DNA of 51,228 nucleotides from an uncultured Mycoplasmatota bacterium (GTDB taxonomy: Bacteria; Bacillota_I; Bacilli_A; RF39; UBA660): contig CAMLWC010000004.1 in NCBI GenBank assembly GCA_946488855.1, positions 1 to 51,228 on the forward strand, in the 5' to 3' direction. The notes under the pieces were generated by a model. The model ran no database searches. It was given only the letters and a program-made list of their open reading frames with translations, and was not told the DNA's origin. The position numbers and the translations under genes are program-made. Shown in pieces: positions 45,883 to 51,228 of this stretch. Position 1 is the first letter of the stretch, and every line of letters starts with the position of its first letter.

Positions 45883-46484
45883 TTAAGAACCTCAAATGTA
45901 TCTCTTACTTTATTATAAATATTCATCTTTTTAGCATACTCATATAATTTTAAAGTATTTTTCTTTTTACTATAAAAATATTCTCTAATAGCTTTATTAA
46001 ATAATTCCGAATCTAATTTCTTTTTATTTTTAATAATATCACAAATAGTTTTATCTAAATCGTAAACTCTAATAATATTACCTGAATCTAGTTTATAATT
46101 AATTACACCTAAATTTAAGAGTTCTTTTTTGGTATAAAATAAATTAACATTATTATTTTTTTGAAGTGATCCATTATATCCATTATTAATAGTAATATCA
46201 TATTTTAAAGGAATTCTATTAGAAAATCCATGTAAATATAAAGCAGTCATATTTGAATAAATTGCATTCTTACTTTTACTTTGTAAAATAACAAATTCAT
46301 CAACCAATTCATTTTTCTTAATATATACTCCACGACTTACTCTTTCTATTTTGCTTTCTTTAATAAGTTTAGTTAAATAAAATCTAGGAATATTATTATC
46401 ATTAACATCTTTAGTAGTTAGATAGCCATTTTTAAATAAATTTAAAATTTTATTTTCATATTCCACATTATCATTTCCTTTCAC
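45879..46484 (-). CDS. abiEi: AbiEi-family antitoxin/transcriptional regulator
   Basis: N-terminal wHTH pattern GYLTTKDV...YLTKLIKESKIERVSRGVY typical of AbiEi_4. The real start may be the in-frame GTG at 46466. Confidence 0.8.
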   Translation of the reverse strand: MKGNDNVEYENKILNLFKNGYLTTKDVNDNNIPRFYLTKLIKESKIERVSRGVYIKKNELVDEFVILQSKSKNAIYSNMTALYLHGFSNRIPLKYDITINNGYNGSLQKNNNVNLFYTKKELLNLGVINYKLDSGNIIRVYDLDKTICDIIKNKKKLDSELFNKAIREYFYSKKKNTLKLYEYAKKMNIYNKVRDTFEVLK

Positions 46485-46511
46485 GATTAAATTATATCAT
46501 ATTTAATCGTG
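46482..46511. promoter_or_regulatory. Perfect 11-bp inverted repeat spanning the abiE -10 element (candidate AbiEi operator)
   Basis: CACGATTAAAT-tatatcat-ATTTAATCGTG. On the minus strand the loop/arm contains TGATATAAT (extended -10). It sits immediately upstream of the abiEi start. Confidence 0.45.
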
Positions 46512-46666
46512 TTTGAAAATATTGTAATTAAAAAAAACATTGTTTTAACCCTAATATTTTAAAATAAATATTTAATTTATTACTAATAATATTAAAAACA
46601 ATGCTTTATTTTAGTAACTATTTTATCAACATTTATTATAAACGATTGACGTTTAGGTAACTTAAT

Positions 46667-47419
46667 TTATTTTTTTAGTACTTTATTTAATGTTTTAATA
46701 TGTTCTTTAGAATTAATTATTGCATCTTCGCAATGGCCTTTTCCTTTCAAACAAATAGTCGTTGCATTATAATTTTTTTCTAAATATCTTGCTACTTTTC
46801 TAAATAAAATTTCATTTATTTTACTACCATAAAAATAATAAATTTCTGTATCAGGTATATCAATATCCTTTGGTAAATTAAACCTACCAACTTCCTTAAC
46901 ACAATTGATTATTGTTTCATCTGATAGATGATCACATAGTTCTAAAAATATATTTAATTTATCCTTACTAATAATAGTACCAACTGCTTGATTAATAGTT
47001 TTTTCATCTCTATTTTGTACTTTATGAGTAATACCTAAATACCAATTTGTAAAATATCTTATCATAAATTTATTCCAAGATAAGAGAGGAGAACTTTCTA
47101 ATATTAATTTTTCAATTTCTATATTTTTATTCTTCCAAATGTAGCTTGCAAAAATTCCTCCCATACTCATACCATAAACAGCAAAAAGTTTATTACCAAA
47201 TCTTTTAAGATAATATTCTTCAAACTCTTTAGCACATGTATCAAAAGAGATAAAATCTTCTTTATCATTTACATTATGACCTGCAAGAATTGGAACAATT
47301 ACAAAATAATTTGTTTTATAATATTCGATATAATCATTCCAAATTTGATATGGGCATTGGAAACCGTGAATTAAAATAATTTTTTTATTTTTAGGATCAC
47401 CATATTCTAATATTTTCAT
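46667..47419 (-). CDS. Alpha/beta-fold hydrolase
   Basis: HGF oxyanion region, nucleophile elbow GMSMGG, C-terminal GKGH. The start is placed at the ATG of MKILEYG. Confidence 0.75.
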   Translation of the reverse strand: MKILEYGDPKNKKIILIHGFQCPYQIWNDYIEYYKTNYFVIVPILAGHNVNDKEDFISFDTCAKEFEEYYLKRFGNKLFAVYGMSMGGIFASYIWKNKNIEIEKLILESSPLLSWNKFMIRYFTNWYLGITHKVQNRDEKTINQAVGTIISKDKLNIFLELCDHLSDETIINCVKEVGRFNLPKDIDIPDTEIYYFYGSKINEILFRKVARYLEKNYNATTICLKGKGHCEDAIINSKEHIKTLNKVLKK

Positions 47420-47448
47420 ATCTACCACTCTCTTTCATATTTCTATTA

Positions 47449-48597
47449 TTAACCTATTTTTTGTTTTCTTTTTGATACTATATTAGTCAAAATAATAAAT
47501 ATAATAGAAAAAGATAAAATAATTATAATATTTAATAATATTGGTTTTATTGTATTAAAATTAATAATTTCTAATGTCTTTAAAATTTCATTATTACTTA
47601 TATAATAATATGATGGCAAAATATGAGCAATTTTTATAACTCCTTCTGGTAACCATTCCATTGGAACAAATGCTCCACATAAGAAACTCGATCCAAGAGC
47701 TATTACATTAACTATTCCACTTATAGCATTTTTATTTGAAATTATATTACCAATAAATAATGCAATTGTGGTAGCACATATTGTAAATACAAATGAATTT
47801 ATTAAGTAAAAAATGCCATGAATAGAAAACATTATATCCCCTACTAAAATGAAACTTAATGTAACATAAATCATCCACAAAATTATGGAAAACAAACTAT
47901 TTGATAACAATAATTGTCTATTTAAAGTTTTATAATTAGTACTACTGATGATTGTTCTTTTCTGAATTTTTATATCTTTAAAACTTGCTAAAATTAAACA
48001 TATAACATATATCAAACATGCCATTATACTGTAGTTAGCAAAATTATAATAAAACGTTGCTTTTGATAAAATATTAGTATCTAATTTGGATGTTATTTCG
48101 ACTTCACTTTTTTTAGATAAAGTTTCATTTATTTTACTAATTAATTCTTCTTCACTATTAATACTTTTTTGATAAATATTTGCTACTTTAATGTATCTTG
48201 ATAACAACATTTCGGCAAATGATGATTGATAATCTCCTGTACTTTTAATTTCTATTTCAGGATTTTTTCCATCCATAAAATCTTTATTATAATTTTTAGG
48301 AATATATACTACATAATTTACATCTCTATAAAATAAGGCATCATTAATTGCATCTTCATTTTTCTTTAAATCTACTACATTACTATTTTCTTCTATATAT
48401 TTTATTAAATCTTTTGTAATTCCTTTTTCTTCATCATAATTTACTATCATTATATCAGGTTTACTTGCAACAAAGTTTGTATTATTTTCACTTGTTTGCA
48501 TATTAAATCCACCAAAGAATATTAAAAACATTGTATATAGGATTATAATAAACTTATTTTTATTCAATATTTTTAAAAAAGTTTTAAATACTGTCAT
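47449..48597 (-). CDS. ABC-2 family transporter permease
   Basis: N-terminal TM, ~150-aa extracytoplasmic loop, five C-terminal TM helices. 14-nt overlap with the upstream permease gene. Confidence 0.75.
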   Translation of the reverse strand: MTVFKTFLKILNKNKFIIILYTMFLIFFGGFNMQTSENNTNFVASKPDIMIVNYDEEKGITKDLIKYIEENSNVVDLKKNEDAINDALFYRDVNYVVYIPKNYNKDFMDGKNPEIEIKSTGDYQSSFAEMLLSRYIKVANIYQKSINSEEELISKINETLSKKSEVEITSKLDTNILSKATFYYNFANYSIMACLIYVICLILASFKDIKIQKRTIISSTNYKTLNRQLLLSNSLFSIILWMIYVTLSFILVGDIMFSIHGIFYLINSFVFTICATTIALFIGNIISNKNAISGIVNVIALGSSFLCGAFVPMEWLPEGVIKIAHILPSYYYISNNEILKTLEIINFNTIKPILLNIIIILSFSIIFIILTNIVSKRKQKIG

Positions 48598-49765
48598 ATT
48601 TTTGCCTCCTTAAACTGATATAAGAAACTGCTATCAATATGAAAGCGAAAATAAGTAAACTTACAACATTAAATATATATCTATCTAATGTTTCATAGTA
48701 ATATAAAGAATATAAACCATCTGTTATCATATTTGCAGGATTTAATTTATTAATAATTGGAATATTTTTATCAATTATGTATTTCATTGTTATTCCCATC
48801 ATTCCTGATAAAAAACAACCTAACATTGTTATAGATAAAATTATGCCAGTTTTAACATTTTCGTTTGATTTAATTGTAGTTGCTACCATAGTACCTAATG
48901 ATAATCCTGCTAGACTTCCTACCAATGCTAAAATAATAATTAATCCTAAATTATTACCATAATCAACATTTAATACAAAGATAGTATAAATAAATAATAA
49001 TGCAACTCCTATTAATTGAGTAATATAGCTTGCAAGAACACTACTTAAAATTACTTTGCCTTTTGTTGTGGGTGCTATTGATACTCTTTTCCCTTGATTA
49101 GACATATTAGCTAAATTTTGATTTATAGAAACAGTTCCAAGTATCCCACCATATAAACAAACCATTGCAATAAGTGTATAAAATTCTATCATTGTATAAC
49201 TTAGATTATCACTCGAAATATTCTTAAGTTTAACATTTTCTTCAGTTGTAATCTCTATTACTTTATTATAAATACTTTCATAGTCAACATTAAAATTGCC
49301 TGTCATAATTTGGTTTTGTATTTCTTCTTCAGTAAGGTTATTTATAATATTACTTGTTTGCATAATTTCTTCTGATACATATTTAAATATAGTTTCATTA
49401 ATACCACTTGTTATAAAGGTTAATTTAGGTTTATTATCTACTAATTCCATATAACCAACTATTTTTTCTTCTTCTAGTAATTTTTGCGCTTCTTCTTTTG
49501 TAGTGTATTTGGTTTCGAATAATCTATCCTTATTATTTTTATCACTCATTTCTTCAAATGCTGATTTAAAAACTTCGTTATTATTAAAATCATCATTTTG
49601 AATAATTGCTATATTTATAATGTCTAATTTTTCACTATTTTCTATATCTGAAAATGCCATGTTAAAGAATGTTGCTAATATTATTGGAAATGCAAAAGTC
49701 CAAAATATTAATTCTTTGTTTCTAAAAAGAGTTTTTAAAGAATATTTAAAATTATGAATAAACAT
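48584..49765 (-). CDS. ABC-2 family transporter permease
   Basis: Same topology as the neighbouring permease. Directly follows the ATPase gene. Confidence 0.75.
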   Translation of the reverse strand: MFIHNFKYSLKTLFRNKELIFWTFAFPIILATFFNMAFSDIENSEKLDIINIAIIQNDDFNNNEVFKSAFEEMSDKNNKDRLFETKYTTKEEAQKLLEEEKIVGYMELVDNKPKLTFITSGINETIFKYVSEEIMQTSNIINNLTEEEIQNQIMTGNFNVDYESIYNKVIEITTEENVKLKNISSDNLSYTMIEFYTLIAMVCLYGGILGTVSINQNLANMSNQGKRVSIAPTTKGKVILSSVLASYITQLIGVALLFIYTIFVLNVDYGNNLGLIIILALVGSLAGLSLGTMVATTIKSNENVKTGIILSITMLGCFLSGMMGITMKYIIDKNIPIINKLNPANMITDGLYSLYYYETLDRYIFNVVSLLIFAFILIAVSYISLRRQKYDSI

Positions 49766-50704
49766 TTAATCTCTAAGTTCCTTTCCAGTTAATTCAAGAA
49801 ACACATCATTAAGTGTTGGTCTTTCTGAATAAATTTTGTTATATTTAATCTTGTTTTCTTTCAAATATTCCATAAGCTCTACAAGATTGTTTTTTCCTTT
49901 TGTATATGTAACTAGTAACAAACTATTAGTATATTTTACTTCATCTACATTTTTTGATTTTTTAATATCTTCTATATAATTTTCTTGTAATTCATTTATT
50001 TCAACTGTTATTTTTTCTTCTATTTTAGCAAGTTCTTTTAATTCATCACTTGTTCCTGTTGCTAATATTTTACCTTTATCTAAAATAATAATTCTATCAC
50101 AAATAATTTCTACTTCTTCCATATAGTGTGTTGTGTAGATAATTGTTGCTCCATTATCTCTTAATTTTTTTATTCCATCTAATATATTATTTCTACTTTG
50201 TGGATCTACTGCTACTGTTGGCTCATCTAAAAATATTAGTTTTGGTTTATGTGCTATTCCACAAGCAATATTTAATCTTCTAAGCAAACCTCCAGATAAT
50301 TGTTTTGGATAAAATTTTTTAAATTCTTCTAAACCCACTAATTCTATTGCATCTTCTATATATTGTTTCCTTAATTTTTTATCTTTTATATATAATCCAC
50401 AAAAATAATCTATATTGTCATATACTGTTAATTCTTCAAATACTGCCACATCTTGGAATACTACACCTATTTTAGATTTTATATCGTAAGAATCGGGTTT
50501 CATCTCTTTACCAAATATTTTTATACTTCCACTACTATAATTTAACAACGATAATAGACAATTTATGGTAGTTGTTTTACCGCTTCCATTTGGTCCTAAA
50601 AGCCCTAGAATTTCTCCTTCATGAACTTCAAAAGATAAGTTATCTACTGCTTTTATTTCTTTATATTCTTTTATTAAATTTTTAACTTCAATTACATTTT
50701 TCAT
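49766..50704 (-). CDS. ABC transporter ATP-binding protein
   Basis: Walker A GPNGSGKTT, signature LSGGLLRRL, Walker B LIFLDEPT. The start is placed at the ATG of MKNVIEVKNL behind AAGGGAG. Confidence 0.9.
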   Translation of the reverse strand: MKNVIEVKNLIKEYKEIKAVDNLSFEVHEGEILGLLGPNGSGKTTTINCLLSLLNYSSGSIKIFGKEMKPDSYDIKSKIGVVFQDVAVFEELTVYDNIDYFCGLYIKDKKLRKQYIEDAIELVGLEEFKKFYPKQLSGGLLRRLNIACGIAHKPKLIFLDEPTVAVDPQSRNNILDGIKKLRDNGATIIYTTHYMEEVEIICDRIIILDKGKILATGTSDELKELAKIEEKITVEINELQENYIEDIKKSKNVDEVKYTNSLLLVTYTKGKNNLVELMEYLKENKIKYNKIYSERPTLNDVFLELTGKELRD

Positions 50705-50946
50705 TTCATACTCCCTTTTTAATGAAAACATTTTTTAATATAATTACTTTTAGATAATTATTTTTGTTTTTTCAAACATACCCATAATTTATCACTTACA
50801 TATATTATTATACCATAGATTTTTGGCATATTTTATTAATAGTAGTATTTAAGTCTATATATTTATCAAACACTTATATTCATACTCAACATCATATTTT
50901 TTAGTGTATTTACTATTTAATCCTCTAGTAATAGTAAGGGTATCAT

Positions 50947-51177
50947 TTAATAGACAGAAAGTTGTATTGGTGTTACTGATACACCTTGACCAAAAGCAGT
51001 TGTTGCCGATTCTAAATCGCCAATTTTATCTTTATCAAATATAATACCATTTGCTTCTCCATTTAAATCAATTCCTGTTACACTTCCAAATCCAAATTTA
51101 TCAATATAATCAAATAAAGTTTCTTTACCTATCCTTAGGCCTAATTCTACAAACCATGGATTGCTTTGTGTCAACAC
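50947..51177 (-). pseudogene. Internal fragment of a SpoVD-like class B PBP gene
   Basis: The 76-aa ORF FVELGLRIGKETLFDYIDKFGFGSVTGIDLNGEANGIIFDKDKIGDLESATTAFGQGVSVTPIQ is near-identical to an internal stretch of the PBP at 42909-44819 (DNA roughly 43575-43790). The SxN box is damaged (QSNPW vs NSCNPG), and the fragment has no N- or C-terminal domains. Confidence 0.8.
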
Positions 51178-51228
51178 ACGAACATTTTTTGACTAAAGAA
51201 TAGCGAGAACAAGCCATATTTTTATTCC

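Noticed and set aside
44832-51177. Annotating the accessory block as a mobile element, prophage or ICE
   Set aside because: I found no integrase, transposase, relaxase or phage structural genes and no clear terminal direct or inverted repeats. Only indirect evidence (gene remnants) supports an insertion.

Overview
Very AT-rich, gene-dense chromosomal segment from a cell-walled, spore-forming Bacillota (Clostridia/Erysipelotrichia-like; the taxon cannot be fixed without a search). All family calls rest on motif recognition by eye. No HMM or BLAST was run. Most genes are minus-strand housekeeping. They include clpC, signal peptidase I, a first dcw block (mraZ-rsmH-ftsL-PBP2B), prsA, trmB, LemA/DUF2207, sspI, rpoZ, radC, proS, mutL, T-box-controlled pheST, a Y-family polymerase, gmk, and a second dcw block (spoVD-like PBP, mraY, unknown gene, SEDS ftsW/spoVE). 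Sporulation markers are SspI, two tiny YjcZ-type peptides absent from the ORF track, and a BclA-like collagen protein. Accessory content: (1) a 1193-aa surface protein with three tandem 450-bp units, partly identical at DNA level; (2) a Fic/VbhA-like module between pheT and mutL; (3) an AbiEi/AbiEii module, an alpha/beta hydrolase and an ABC-2 exporter, bounded by a decayed spoVD-like fragment; (4) a displaced SEDS 3'-end remnant downstream of ftsW. The candidates I consider most novel are two. One is an unannotated convergent small-ORF/antisense-RNA locus at 26.74-27.00 kb that looks like a type I toxin-antitoxin. The other is three uncharacterised genes directly downstream of a dinB-like gene that has an SOS-box-like palindrome. 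No CRISPR array, rRNA, tRNA, integrase or transposase was seen.
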